DNA of 58,711 bases, filler included, from Narcine bancroftii (taxonomy: Eukaryota): NCBI RefSeq assembly GCF_036971445.1. It is 5 parts of 5 records of this genome, joined end to end, with 100 filler letters (N's around TTAATTAATTAA, not from the genome) between each part and the next. Parts side by side here need not be neighbours in the genome. Positions count along the whole stretch, not along the records: positions 31,046 to 54,750 come from NC_091482.1; 4 more parts are not named here. One strand, 5' to 3'. Every line of letters begins with the position of its first letter. The stretch's first letter is position 1. The position numbers and the translations under genes were made by a program. The notes beneath the pieces are model-generated. The model made no database searches, was not told the origin of the DNA, and saw nothing but the letters and a program-made list of their open reading frames with translations. This document shows, in pieces, positions 36,384-50,504 of this stretch.

Positions 36384-36945
36384 GTAAGTACAAATATTGT
36401 ATTACAGAAATATGATTGTGTGAAGGACAGTTAATATTAGTGTGAGCTATGAAGAAGGTTTTGAACACGCGCAGCTAGTGTTTATTTTTGAAGTAATGTA
36501 TCAACTAAATGGTATTTCCGTAACTGTATTTAAATTGCAGTGGAGTATAATGAGATTTCCTCCAGTTCGAATGGATATTTGTTGTCCAAGAATGTTTGAC
36601 ATGTGATTTGAATTTGTCCTCACTGTGCTACCTTGGGTAAATGTTAAATTGTATCTTTTTGAGTTGTATATGTCACAATGGTAATGGAGCTCTTCAACAC
36701 TTTAAGAGAAGGGTCTATGTATGAATTGAAGGAGAAGACGCTTCTGAATTTTAGAACGCGTGTGGAAGGTTTTCCTTGGGTGATGCAGAGGAAGAGGATT
36801 GTGGATTCCGATTTAGAAAATCTAATTGGCAACATGTTATCATCAATACTGTTTGGCTTTTCTTTGACTCCTTCATGCTGGAACGTGTTGTAGTTTTGTA
36901 ATCGGGCGGCGTGCTCTGTATTTGCCAGGGTTCAGTACTAGCAGA

Positions 36946-37165
36946 AGCCTAAATATGCCTGAGATTGCCTGTTCTTGGAAGTTAAGCAGGCCCCGGCCTA
37001 GACAGTATTTGGAGGGGAGACCGCCCAGGAACACCAGGTGCTGTAGGTTTCATTAAGGGGCATTGAACAAAGTGGAGACTCTGGTAGACAAAAGTTAAAA
37101 GAATTTCATGTTTGTTACATTCTAAGTGTAGAATTATGTGGCAATAATGGAACCATTACCTTTTT
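36946..37165 (+). mobile_element. 5S rRNA-derived SINE (SINE3-type) with LINE-like tail
   Basis: GGAAGTTAAGCAGG...AGTATTTGGAGGGGAGACCGCCCAGGAACACCAGGTGCTGTAGGTTT aligns to the 3' two-thirds of 5S rRNA. The ~115-nt tail recurs inverted at 39541-39660. Confidence 0.75.
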
Positions 37166-38342
37166 GACCTTTTTAGATGGATATTTTCACTGGCTGTTCA
37201 TATTTACAAAACAGATTATCATTGTGTTAACTTGGAAGGAGTTTTAGACACTATCCCTATCACTTGTAGCAACAATTGTTTCCAGTGTCTATGCCATGGA
37301 TAATCATTCTAATTTGCATTAACAGTCAGTGGTGATGTCCTATCTGTTGCATTTATCTTGGACTTCTACCTTGCACTGAATGCATGAGTCAACAGCTCAT
37401 TCAATAAGAAGGTGATTCCCAAATATCCCTTAATTGTCAAAAAAAAAACTTTCAGGTGACATTTTTGATGTAAGGCACACTTTGCAAACTACTGAACAAT
37501 AATAACATATGTTGGCTGAGATTTCACTGGAGAACTCCAATTATATACCTCCATAATGGATGTTGGAAAGGTTAAAATATAACCGCAGACTTTTGGAATC
37601 CTTGTTCTGTGGACTGAAAAGCTCAACAGTGAAGAGATGAAATTTAAAACCAAGTCTAGTTTTAGAAGGTTCTTCTTGGCTACTGCCTGCGGCTTATGAG
37701 AGAAATTCTACTTACTAGAATTTAGTGTTTCATTGTAATATTGCTTTGTCGTTACTAGCCATGAATAAATGAATAATAATACGTACTCTTGATGGGAATT
37801 GTTCTATTTACAAAATCTGTGTTGCGTTCCTTAGTTTATTTTTCACTCATGTTCCTCACTGCTATAGGGATGGATTGATCAAGCAACCCAAAATGTATCT
37901 TGCCGTACTTGTTCAACTGTGTAATTATGTTTAAGGAAGCATTTTTCAGGACCATATCATTTTTGCAGCCATAAAGAATCTGCTGGAGGAACTCAGCAGG
38001 TCGAGCAGCATCAGTGGGGACAAAAAGAGTAGTTGACATTCCAGGTCAGAATTCTTCATCCAGTCCAAGCGTAGAGTGCATAGCTGGTATAATATGGACG
38101 GGGGTGGGTGGGGGGGGGGGGAAGGAGTTAGATGACCCAGAGGAGGATTGGTGAACTGGGGATGGTTGAAGGCCGATGGACAAATGGGGAGGGCGAGAGG
38201 TGGAGTTGGGAGACAGTTCATTGGACAAAGGGATAGAAATTTGAGATCGAAATTTTTACTTGAGATGAAAAATTGTACCGCTTTTTGTGGATATCATTTT
38301 TGTTTGGTGTTCGGAATGATAAAAATACCAAGAAAGTGAATA

Positions 38343-38890
38343 CAATAGAGTCCCCATTATCTGGCACCTATAGGCATTTCAGATGATAGATATACAAATT
38401 TTCCAGTTGTCTAAGATTTGCTCTTCCAATGCCTAATACACCTGCATTAAGAATACATAATTTAAAAGACAAAAGACAGTGTAAAATGTTAAGTAATTTG
38501 GAAAAAAAAAATCAGTTTTGTAGTCTTTAATTATGTCAAGTTCACTTTATTCGGGTAATTCCTGTAACTTACAAAATTTAAATACGAACCCCAGTCGCCG
38601 GTGCTGTAACGTCGTTGTGCTAATGCTAACTGTGTTGCCGTCATAGATGGCATCCCAACTGCTAAATTCACAGATAAAGCCTTAATAATATACTCAATAC
38701 TAATAAAGATAAAGACTTATTAGGCAGAGATAGGGAGGCACTTTGGGAGAGTCGCCTGGCTCTTCATCCTGGGCATTGCCATTTCAATGCAACACAACTT
38801 TATTGAAACTTTACCACCAACAACTTGACTCTCCTCCACACAAGTATCGAAGTCACCTTCCTCGCGTTGACAACCCAACCCACCTCCACA
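38343..38890 (-). mobile_element. Second copy of the Tigger-like element seen at 14179-17411, without the Gypsy insertion
   Basis: Reverse complement aligns to ~14500-14817 joined directly to 17143-17411. Confidence 0.7.
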
Positions 38891-41397
38891 GAAATGTCTC
38901 TAGTCAGGCCTTTGACCTTGTGTTACAGCAAAAAGAATGGACACACATTGAGGGGCAATGAAGTTGCTTTGTGTGAATTAATTTAAACACAGGATCAAAC
39001 AGAACTCCCAACTATCGTATTTGCGCATTTAGACAGAATAACGGAAGTGCGGTAATTAAGGAGGTGGGACTTGCAAGGCCGCTGCAGCAATGTCATCCTT
39101 GACGTCTGATGTACGTGGATGTACATCGCCACTGCAATGAGTGTAACGTGAATCACAAACGTCTGAAATAACCCGTTCACAGAATGCCTACAGTTAACTT
39201 TAGACTGCAGGCATACAGGGAAATTTACCGGGGGTCGAGGAGGTAAAATATCAGAACATGAATGGCACCATTCCCATTCCAAGTTTTTTTACACAGCATG
39301 TGTTCCGGGAAAATGGCATTAATTTCCTAGAATGCAACGTCTGTGTAGCAAAAAAAGTGGAGTTTAAACAGTGAGAGAATGAGCCAACTGTATCCAAATA
39401 CCATTTGGTCTATTGTACCAGCAATGAGATTTTGAAGAACTCTGACCTTTACCCACATTGTCCTAACATATTCTTTCCATTTGTATATTTGGAACTCTTA
39501 AATGTTATTGGATCAACTTTTAGGTGGTTATTCCAGATAAAGGTAAAGTTTCCATTGTTATCACATGATACTACATTTAGAATGTAACATTCATGAAATA
39601 CTTTAACTTTTGCCTACTGTAAGGAAAACCAAGGGTCGCCACTTTGTCCAGTGCCCCTCAGAGATGAGGCCTCAGCGAGGAATGAACTCGCAAACCCTGT
39701 TTCATTTGAACAAAAGACTCCTTTTGTCATTTTTCTGTTATTCTCTTTATGAATAGGCCAAAACAGAACGTGCGTGACTGATTGGAAGATTTGGAGGGGG
39801 TGGAGATGTGTAGAAAAGGAAGATGTAAACTTGTGTAGCAGATTTTGTTCTTTGGAATGTCTGAGAGCACTTTAGCCATTAAATTATTTTTTGAATCTGT
39901 ATTGTCGTTTTGCTTGCAATATTTGGACACGAGAAAAATGCCAAATGGCTTCCTGGCTGGCGTTGAGGAAAAAATGTTGACCAGGTCCGGGAGCAACCTT
40001 GAATGCTGTCATGCAGTTTTCCAAACAAGTAATACCTGAATGATATGTCCTTTAACTCCTGACTTAGCAAGGTATATTTTCAACTGAGGCAAACTGACAC
40101 TAAACCTTAATCTAACCTGACGTTTGACTGGCCAGGGCTGGCTGAAAAGAAAAATCCAAAAGACACGACTGCAGTCAATTAATTTTAAAATCAACATAAG
40201 CGTCCTATACTGGTATCTGCAGCTCCTTTAGTGAATCCACAAATAACTTGATTCCAGGGCTGTAATGTCAGCTAATGTAATGGACATGCAAAGTTTTCAC
40301 ACCATTTTCCAGCTCGAAAATCCTGGGCTGGAAGTGTTTGGTTTTTGTGGCCAACGAAGTTTTGTCATATCACGATTTAACACTTTTTTGGTTTTACACT
40401 TGCAGCTAGGCTCACAGGAAGCTGGCCGGATTCTAGGCAGCAGCTACATATTGAGATTTAATATCAACTAATTGGATTTTTACTGTGCTGGCAGTAACCT
40501 TTTGAACTTTGTCCTTTAGTTGTGTTTAATGAAGGACTGTTCTCTTCCTTGTGTTTCATCTTGTGCTCATTTTAAAAGTATTTGCATACTTGTTTAAAAA
40601 CTTATTTAGTCCGCTTTATTCCATCTTGTAATGAATTCCATATTGCAATACACTCAGCTCCCATTAAAACAACTGAATGCACTTCACTCGACAGTGTCTG
40701 AGAGAGAACAGTTGATGTATTAAGTCCATCCTTATGTTCATCAGGTCATAAGTTGATGCCCTCTTGCTGAAGACTGTGACCTGTTCATTTGATGTGTGGG
40801 AAGGAGTGGATTTGTGTGGGGTCACTGATGGGACACCAAAGGGCGGGTACTTTAAATTGGTGGGGATATCCCAAATGCCTTCTGTGGTGACTCAAGTTAA
40901 TTATTTTGGGGATGCATAATAGATTAGATACTGGAAAATGGAACTAGAGTAGCAGGTTCTGACTTGAAATGTCAACCATTTTTCTCCCACTGATGCCGCT
41001 TAACCCACTAATTCCTCCGTCAGGCTGTTTTCTGCAATTAATTAATTCTGTTAAGTTGCAGTTCCCTTTTAAGGGAACAAAGTACACATTCTATTATTTT
41101 GCCAGACTAATTAGAGGTAAGACTGGCTTTCTTTAAGTGTGATTTGCTATAAATCATTCTGTGAGCATCTATAAAGTTGCTGATCATTTAAAATTCTGTG
41201 TTATTTCCAACACGCTGTCAGTAGGGATTTTGCCCTTAATTCCCTTCAGTCCCATTGAGAAGTATAATTAGTTATTTTCTTTTGTCTGTCTCATACCCTT
41301 TTTAAAATAGTAGGCATCTGTAATCTTACATAGTCAGCTTGAGGAAATGTTCTCGTCCTTTGATTTCCTCTTGTCTTATTTCTCTCTCTATTTTTAG

Positions 41398-41484
41398 TTG
41401 GGATGAATGGGTTCCAGAAAGCAGAGTGCTGAAGTATGTGGACACAAACCTGCAAAAGCAGAAAGAACTACAAAAGGCTAATCA
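41398..41484 (+). CDS. MORF4L1: MORF4L1 exon: (N)WDEWVPESRVLKYVDTNLQKQKELQKAN(Q)
   Basis: TAG|...|GTGAGT; 87 nt; phase-compatible with neighbouring exons. Confidence 0.97.
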
Positions 41485-42716
41485 GTGAGTATGTGAGCAG
41501 AACTGACGAAAGGGGAAATGAAACTGTCTGCCAGGCACTTGTGAACATCCATTTTAGGATGAACCCAGCACACTCTCTCGGGCTGCTTGGACAAACGGCA
41601 ATTTTTAAACAGCCTTTATAACTTCAGGAAACAGCAGCAGCATTAAATAAAATTGGACACTGAACCACTTGGAAATATTAGAAGAGCTGACTAAAATGCT
41701 CTGTTGCATTCTATGCTTGAATCGAAGTCTGTTCAAAAAGCGTAAGTAAAGAAATGATAATTAAATGGGGTGAATAGTCCAGTGATGCTGCAGGATTGAT
41801 TGCTATTTCAGTTCCAGCAATTTGGGTTTGATTCTGGCGCTGTGTCTGCACTTCCTCTCTGTTAGCACAAATTTCCTCTTGTTTAGTTTTTTTGACCACC
41901 GTTAAACATACAGATTGGCCATTGCTAAATGCCTCTCGTGTGCAAGTGAATGATAGAAACTGGGGAGAGTTGATTGGAATATCAGAAGAATAAAATGAAA
42001 CTACGGTAGGTGCGTGCTTGGTCACCACAGAGCCTGTGGGCCGAATGTCCTGTTTCTGTGTAGTATGACTTGAATAGTTCACAGATGTCTGTATTTTATT
42101 TTCCATCCTGAAAGAATTACTAAGGACAGAATTCAATCAGACTTTTATGTAATGTAGAGATTTTTTATTTGTACAGTGGCTCTCACAAATTGGAGTATCC
42201 CAGTTCTTTATAGACAGTGGCACTTTTTAAAAATACAGCCACTGTTGTTTGCTTGCATTAACACAATATGATAGTTGAGGATTATATATTGGCCAAGCAT
42301 CTGGGAAGAGCTTTTCTACTCGTTGATGTATTGACCTTAGGAACTTTCATGTGTTGAAAGTGAAATTATTATCCAGTAAAATTCCCATTATCTGGAGTGC
42401 AAGCAATGGACAAAAAAAAAATTGTGGAAAATAAATAGGTAAAAAAAAATATGGAAGTTTAAAATCAGCAATCCCGTAACACAATCTTAAGTGACCGGAA
42501 AATTCACTTATTCAGCATCTACCAATCCCTATAGGGGGTTTCACTGTATTGTGAAGAGATTTCAGTGGTGCATCTCCAATTTGTATGTGGACATAGTGAT
42601 TTTGTTTTGTCAGAACATGGAAGATAATGACATGGATGAGAAAGAGTTAATATATAAATTGGTGAATTTCCAATGAGAAGCGTTTTGAATGTTTTGAACC
42701 TTTCTGTTTACTTTAG

Positions 42717-42797
42717 AGAGCAATGGGCAGAGGGCAAGATGAGGGGCGCTGCACCAGCCAAGAAGGCTTCCTCCATGCAACAAAAGAATGTTGAAAT
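42717..42797 (+). CDS. MORF4L1: MORF4L1 exon: EQWAEGKMRGAAPAKKASSMQQKNVE
   Basis: TAG|...|GTAAGT; 81 nt. Confidence 0.95.
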
Positions 42798-45734
42798 GTA
42801 AGTGACCTGGGTCTGCAAATATAAAACATTCATGAATTTTACAAGTAATTCAGGAGAACTTTTTCATAGTGATAATTAGAATGCAGAATTCACCATCACA
42901 TTGAATTTAAGGCCATTGGTATGGATTTGTATTTAAATTTAGATAAATGAGGGAGAGAGAGACTGAGAAAGAAATACTGATATTTTGAGATTGAGGAGAG
43001 AAAATTCATACAGAGCAAGAACAATGACATTTTGGATTGAGTACCCTTTTCTTAAAAATTCTGTGATTGACATCCTGGGTTAGCATCTAATTTAAATCTA
43101 GAATGATAATGTAATGAAGGATTTTTTAAAAATTCTGACTGTTACTTCCTCATAGTTGATTTGAAGCAAAATTATCTTAAATAACCTATGACACAAGACC
43201 ATTTCTATTGGTATCTCTTTGACTTGGCTTCGTGGACGAAGATTTATGGAGGGGTAATATAAAAATACACAATTATTTGCAAATCCATGAAACTGCAGAT
43301 GTTGAAAATCTGAAACTAAAACACTGTCTCTGAAGCATAAGCTCTGATGATAAGTATCCATGGGAACCTCTAAAATGTCTTTCTTCCTGATTTGTGGCTT
43401 TCTCTTTACCATTATGGACTTGATTCTGCATCAAACCTATTTTCCTCAACTCCACTCTCGCTCTCTCTTGTGGACTGAGCATGCACAGCTCCCAATCCTG
43501 CTTCCACATTCTGCAGATCATTCTTTTCAATTTTGGTCAGCTCCAAGATGATTCTACCAACAGTGCACAAGCAGAGACAAAGTTGGAGAAGCTGGTGGGG
43601 AAAATCTCCCCAAACTCCAAGTACAATAATTTTTAATCTCTTTGCTACAAAAATAGCAGCAAATGAGTAACTGCAATTTTAATTACATAATTTACTTCAG
43701 TATTTTGGGTATGGACAAATGGTTATGTGGAATTGTAAATTTACAATGGGAAAACATGGGAGACCAATTATTCAAAGACCTTGTTGGTATTGATGGTTTA
43801 AAAGCATTTGAGGACAAAACCAGATATCCAAAACATTATGCCTATTGCCACAGGATTGAGTAGTGGTTGTCTGGATACATAAACATCCCAAATGTTGACT
43901 GTCAAAACAAATAAAACCATGACCATGTGTTAATTGGCAAAGCATTAGGTCAGGAATCATCCGTGATCTCATTCTGGGGCCTTTGATATTGTTCAGTTAA
44001 CAGAGCTCCATTGTCAACGTGTTAGACCAATACATGCCATAACGTCTTATGGTCGCATCCACTTCCAAAGAATCTGAGCTGGTAGCTGGCTCCCTTCATG
44101 GACAGTAATTATTCATTCCATAATGTTTTGTCATGCAGCTATCTTTGTCATTTCAAAACTGAATACTCCTTGTAGTTTACATTTGAAGGCTGTTTGAAAG
44201 TTTGTTCTTGTAGTAGCGACCACTGCACTATAATCTGATTAGGTGCTGCTCTTAAAATGGAGCACTGACATACAGTCAGTTAGGGCAGGAGTGACCCTGG
44301 GCTTCTAGTTAATGGTCAGTTTAATTCTCCATCCCTCTCTCACTTTGACCTCTGGCCCAACATATGCTTGACGAACAGCATCTTGTCTTGTTTCAGGGCA
44401 TGTTCACACTTTGGGACTCGATATTGAACTGTCCAACATTGATTGACTGCCATTTCTTCCTGTCTGTTTCAGAACTGGATATTTATGCTGGTGCTAATAT
44501 TTAACTCAGTTTCTTTCTCATTTACGATAACCTGGGCTACTGGGCATCCCCCACAGTCCTGATATGAGCAATGTTTGATGCTGGCTTAAGCCTAAACGTT
44601 CTTCTAACTGCCATATGTGGTCTCTTATCAGTCACTTCTTTCAACTCATCTCTTCCCCCACCATCTCTATAACTGAAACTAAATTCTTTTCTTCCCATTT
44701 CCGACAAAAGGTCTTCAGTCAGAAACATTACCTCAGCTTCCCTTTCCATAGATGCCGAGTGACCTGTTTTTCTGCTGTTTTCATTCATGTTCCTTTTTAA
44801 AATCTGCTAGACATAGTAAAAAGAATCAGCAATGAATTATCTCGATAGTGGGGACAACTATGTGCAGCATACATTCTCCCAAACTCAATGAGAGGTATCT
44901 GAGAGGCAACATTTCATGCAGAGGGTGGTCTGTATCTGGAATGAGGTACTGGAGGAAATTATATAAGCAGGTACAGTTACTATATTCAAAAGACATGTTG
45001 CCAGTTATGTAGATAGGAATGGCTTTGAAGAGTATAGAACTAATGAAGATTGATAACTCGCTCGGCATGGGTGGGTTGGCCTGAAGGGCCTGGACCCCTA
45101 CTTCATTTTTAACATGCATGGCTTGCATTTTTTTGTTTCATTTTTGTCAAAACTTAACTAGGGGTTCAGTGATTGTATTTCTAGCCAAATTCAGGGTTGG
45201 GTGGGCCCGTTTAATGATTTTCTCCTAATGTTTTACTGAACTGCAGAGTTTTGGGGATGGGATCGAGAGAAGGTGGAGGAATTCTGGAATTTACTTGAGA
45301 AACATTTTCCCTGGCTTCTTTACTCCCTGGCTAGCCAGTGAGAGCTGCATTATTTGGAATGCTTTCCGACTGAATGTTTTCTCCAGCAGTCTGTTCATTG
45401 CCAATGGCTCTGTAAAGGGCATGATATTTAAACAATGGCCAGGAGAAATGTTAATTGCAGCAGTGTAAATCCATCAGAAAGCAAATTAACAGATTCTGTT
45501 TTCAGAAGAATTATTTAATAAGGTTTAAGTGTGCCTGTTGCAGGAAATTTAAATTGTTTATCCATCTTGTACTAATTTCTTGAAGACATGCCACATACAA
45601 ACGGCCCTTCTTGCGCCACTGCAGTAAAATCTATTTGCTGGTTTACCATTTGAAAGTTTTTTTTTTGTTGTTGATGAGAATAAAGAATTGCATTAATACG
45701 GTGTACAAAAATCATAAAACGTTCTCTATTTCAG

Positions 45735-45760
45735 AAAAACCAAGAAGAATAAACAGAAAG
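45735..45760 (+). CDS. MORF4L1: MORF4L1 26-nt exon: KTKKNKQK
   Basis: CAG|...|GTAAGT; phase-compatible. Confidence 0.95.
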
Positions 45761-45929
45761 GTAAGTTTGCTTAAAACTCTGAATTAAGTCTTTGTTATTG
45801 CGTAGATCGTTAATACAACAGACAAAGGCCTGATGCTTACATACAGAATCTAGAGTTAGTTCTTACCCCTGGGTCCAGGCACTGGAGCAATAAACTAACT
45901 AAAGCTCCTGACCAGGTTCTTTTTCTTTC

Positions 45930-47480
45930 AATTTTTAAAAATTGTTTTTTAGAGGAAATACAATACCATAAAGAAAAGGGAACAAAACTGAAAATACAGT
46001 ATCACATGGGTACATATTAATGTAAAACTTCAAACAGTATAGACTCTCTATTCCCCCTCTGCATGGGTGAAAATAAAAAAAAAGTATTGTGTGAAAAAAA
46101 AACAACCCACCTAACTTTAATGATTAAAAAAAGAACAAAAAACAGCGGAGCAGCTTATCCTGAGGGTTACATATATTTTGTAGTTTTTAGTTCCTACTGT
46201 AAATCAAAAAAAAAGGTAAAATTGTATCTCATCTGGAAGAGAGTACCTCTAATCACATTAGAAACATTTACATCATATGAAAATAAGACATAAAAGGTCA
46301 CTGTGTATCTTTAAATTTCACCGATGAATCAAATACGATATCTAATTATTTTCTAAACTTAAACAAGACATGAGAAAACCAGTGAAACACTGTTGGAGGT
46401 CGAGAGTCTTTCCATTTGAATAGAATACGACTTCTGCCCAGCAATGTAGAGAAGGTGCCAAGATGGTATGGAGAAATTCAAAGTTGTATTCCTTTGGAAA
46501 AAATTGCATATAGTATGAGAAATAAATATGCTCCTTTTGCATATTTGGTGCCCATACACCCAATTATTAGGTTTAAATTTGTAATAATGTCCACTTTATG
46601 CCTCTAGATCTGTGAGATTCTCTGAATTGTTTTGAAGAGCTTCTATATATGTGTGTTAGACGACATCTCTCTGTGCAGTCTTGAACATTTTCTTTTTCTT
46701 CTATGTTTATATAGCTATAATTTCTTTTATATTAACTATTTGAAGGTAGGGGTGAACACAATCATGTATGTAACTTTTGATTTGTTTCTTTTCGAATGTG
46801 TATTACTATATTAATTCTGATCACTGCATGTATGGAGAGAATCTTAAATAAGGTATAAAAAAAAATGTAAAGAAGGCCACAACCTGTTGTGTGGGTATAG
46901 AAAAACTCCTTATGTCTGGGTCAATATCCCTGAAAAGAGCAGTTATTGGATTGGGTCATAGATCCACCTGGAGTAGAGTTGAAAAGATATTAAAAATGTA
47001 TTTCTAATAGTTTTCTAAAGAAGAACAAGACCAAAACATGTATGTCAATTTAGCAATTTCAAATTTGCATCTGTCACAAACAGGGTTAATATTAGGAGAA
47101 AAAACAATAGCCAATTTATCTTTGGACATGTGAACATGATACACCACTTTGAATTGGACTAATGAATGTCGGGCACATAGAAGAGGTATTTATCAGTTTA
47201 AAAATGTTGTCCCATAGATCCTCAAGATGATGGTCTTGTAAATTTTAGTTCCCAAGCCTTTTTAATCTATGAAGTACTGGTTATAATTCTATAATCTATC
47301 ATATATAATTCCAATTAACCCTTTCTGAGAGGGATTCAATTGAAAAATATTATCAACTGGTGGATATATAATTGGAAAATCTAGTAATGTGGCATTTAAG
47401 AAATTTCTAATCTGTAAAGAGCTTTTTTTTTAAAAAAAAAAGAGATTTGTTGTCATATTTACCTGCAAGATGTTCAAAAG
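45930..47480 (-). mobile_element. Decayed L1 3' fragments, antisense to MORF4L1
   Basis: T-rich tail at ~45930 and L1 ORF2 C-terminal remnants on the minus strand. Confidence 0.55.
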
Positions 47481-47797
47481 ATCCTGACCAGCTTCTGTGT
47501 GGATGTTATTGACCATGTGGAACTATTTTGAATAGGATCGTTTTTTTTTACCCATGGCAATGTTTGAGGTCTTAAATAAATTATAATTGCCGCATTGTTT
47601 CTTGTGCATAAATTGTATGCAAAGTCATGAGGTAAATCACAAGACATATTTAGAAAAATAAAGGGACTGGTTGTAAACCGAAGGTGAGATTGGGGTTCTT
47701 GACACTGGACTGGTACAGGATCCACTACTCAGTGTTTTGTTGGGAATGATATGTTGACCAGCATCCCTTTGGAAACAGTTATCAATTTGACTCTCCG

Positions 47798-48278
47798 CAA
47801 TCCACATTCCCACCAGGTTCTAGGCACAGAGGTCACATTATCCTCAATCCACATTCCCACCAGGTTCTAGGCACAGAGGCCACATTATCCTCAATCCACA
47901 TTCCAACCAGGTTCTAGACACAGAGGTCACATTAGCCTCAATCCACATTCCCACCAGGTTCAAGGCACAGAGGTCACATTATCCTCAATCCACACTCCCA
48001 CCAGGTTTTAGACACAGAGGTCACATTATCCTCAATCCACATTCCCACCAGGTTCTAGACACAGTTACATTATCCTCAATCCACACTCCCACCAGGTTCT
48101 AGGCACAGAGGTCACATTATCCTCAATCCACACTCCCATCAGGTTCTAGGCACAGAGGTCACATTATCCTCAATCCACACCCCCAACAGATTCAAGGCAC
48201 AGAGGTCACATTATCCTCAATCCACATTCCCAACAGGTCCCAGTCAGAGAGGCCACATGACCCTTGACAATCCACATT
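47798..48278. repeat. 47-bp minisatellite, ~10 copies
   Basis: CAATCCACATTCCCACCAGGTTCTAGGCACAGAGGTCACATTATCCT at 47798, 47845, 47892, 47939, 47986, 48033, 48077, 48124, 48171 and 48218. Confidence 0.95.
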
Positions 48279-48439
48279 ATAGTATGACACTAATAAAACT
48301 GAAATAATTGATTAATATAGCTATAACACTGCTATGGTTGTGGAAATGGGTGTACAAAATATTTCATTATCTACATTTTAACAGAAATATACAGTCGTGC
48401 ATTTTCTCAGATGTTAAGACATTTGATATTCTTGAAATG

Positions 48440-48822
48440 CTATAATGCTAAATGTATTCCATTAGAAAAAATAACATATAATTTAAGAAATAATATTACA
48501 ATATTTGAACAAATATGGGAGCCATACATGAAACACAATAGAGAAACCCTACCGGGGACATCTACCACCTAAAATGACAGAAGGAGAAGGGAATGAAAAG
48601 AATTGACTCAGTGGAATTTCTTGTTTATTTTTATTGAGTGACGACATTGTTTGACGGGTTTAATGTATCTTAGATTCTGAACTTTAAATGAATGGGAGGG
48701 GAGGTAGGGAGGGTGGGATGGGAAGAGGGAGGGGTGGGGGGAGAAAATGACACTATATATTTGAAAAGGAAAATGTATGTATCTTGATCAATGTGGTTTA
48801 TAGTGTGAAAAAAAAAAAAAAT
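48440..48822 (+). mobile_element. L1 3' end (ORF2 tail, G-rich 3'UTR, poly-A)
   Basis: CIPLEKITYNLRN...FEQIWEPY, a G-rich tract and an A run at ~48808-48821. Confidence 0.75.
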
Positions 48823-49649
48823 TGTATATTGCTGGGATATAGTAGTCAAATGTAAACCTGCCACAGATTCTAATGTTAAAACTAGTTTGATTTGATTATT
48901 GCAAGCACAGCTGCTTTACTGATTTTTTTTTTGGGGGGGTGGGGATTGTTATTAATGGTGTACAGGGAAAAGATTGAAATGATTAATTTCTCTGTAAGCT
49001 TTCAGAAGAGCCAGTGACCTGTAATTTCAGCTTTCAAGATATGATAGTTGATAGGGGAAAAAAAACCCATTCTCTTTGGAAAATGGATCAGTTTATACAG
49101 CTCAGATTATGAACTGGTGCAGAAGAAGAACCGGGAGGGGCATTTTTCCCTTGACTGTTGGGATCTCGAGGGCTACCAGATAGTGAAAGGGGGTTAGACC
49201 TGTGTGTAAGGCCCAGGACCTTGTTGATTGTGATAAATGGGGTGCTGAGGGACGAAGCAAGATGACTTGAGCCAACAGACAGAAACTGAATGGCCACTGT
49301 AGATGAGCAGCTTTCAAAGAAGATTTTGATTTTGGAGGATTTACAGAATTCCTGTCTTCAAATGATCTTGAAACTGGTCAAATTGATAGGGGCATTCAGG
49401 ATTGACTGAAGATACCCTCTTTGGAAATTGCACATTCTGATGAGCACCACTTCTTGATGAATTTAACCATTTTTCGATGCAGCTTTAGTACTCCAGTTGT
49501 TCACCGGGGAATTGTACAAATGATATTTTGGCTGAAATCTTTGACAGTCCTGCCTGGAAATGGTGTGGTTATATAGCAGTAATCTCCTGAGGGTATCCTG
49601 GTTCTCTTGATAATTGCAGCAGTAACGTCTTTGTTTTTGGCTTTTTTAG

Positions 49650-49738
49650 CCCCCACAGCTGGTGATGGAAGTGGCACCAGTGAAACTCCACAACCTCCCA
49701 GGAAGAAAAGGGCAAGAGTGGACCCCACAATGGAAAGT
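49650..49738 (+). CDS. MORF4L1: MORF4L1 exon: PTAGDGSGTSETPQPPRKKRARVDPTMES (NLS)
   Basis: TAG|...|GTATGT; 89 nt. Confidence 0.95.
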
Positions 49739-50504
49739 GTATGTAGTTTGTTTGAATGTGTGCTTAATATCCAATAGCAGCACCAGGATGTAAACTGGTA
49801 GAAACTTAATCTCTAACTAGTATTTGATCTCAAAATCCTGAACTTGCTACTGCACTATTACTTAGATATGCTGATGCCTAACCGTTACGGGATACAGCCA
49901 TCCATTGACTTGCGTCCGGTTTATGTTCTGGAAGTGGGGATCCAAATCGATTTGGGCATAAGTCAATCATTATAGGTGAAATATACTGTGCAACGTAACC
50001 TACCGTGGCACACAATTTTTTTCAGATAATTATGCAAGAGAGTGTGCTTTTTTCAAAGTGAATAGGGTACACATTAATTTAATAACACAATAACAATTAA
50101 AAGTACATTCATATAGATTTCAAATTGAGTGTGTACTATTGTACGGCTGGCAGCACAATCGCTTTGGCTCTTGAGCTCACATGTTGAATGCGTGACTTAA
50201 AGTCCCCTAATGCCCGCCAACATTGGTCCCGGTGTAAATTAACATTTTTTTATTAAGCCCTTATGGTAACCTCAGACATATCTGCGATTGAACGTTACTC
50301 GATCGGGCGTGTTGAGATATTGCTGTACATGCATTAAATAGCAGAAGTTTATACATATGAAAACTGGATACTTGCACACATACATTCAAGATGTTACATT
50401 TTAATGTTGGTTACTTCTGTAGTTAATTAGCCTTTGTTCCCTCCCTAGGAGAGCTGTGTTATCAGCTTCCTAATAAACCAAGATGCCACACGGTTAGCAT
50501 AGAA

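Noticed and set aside
36946-37050. Functional 5S rRNA gene
   Set aside because: 5' end degenerate, many substitutions, single copy fused to a retroposon tail.
47798-48278. CRISPR-like array (also 1621-1836 and 32842-33010)
   Set aside because: Head-to-tail repeats without unique spacers, no cas genes, eukaryotic context.
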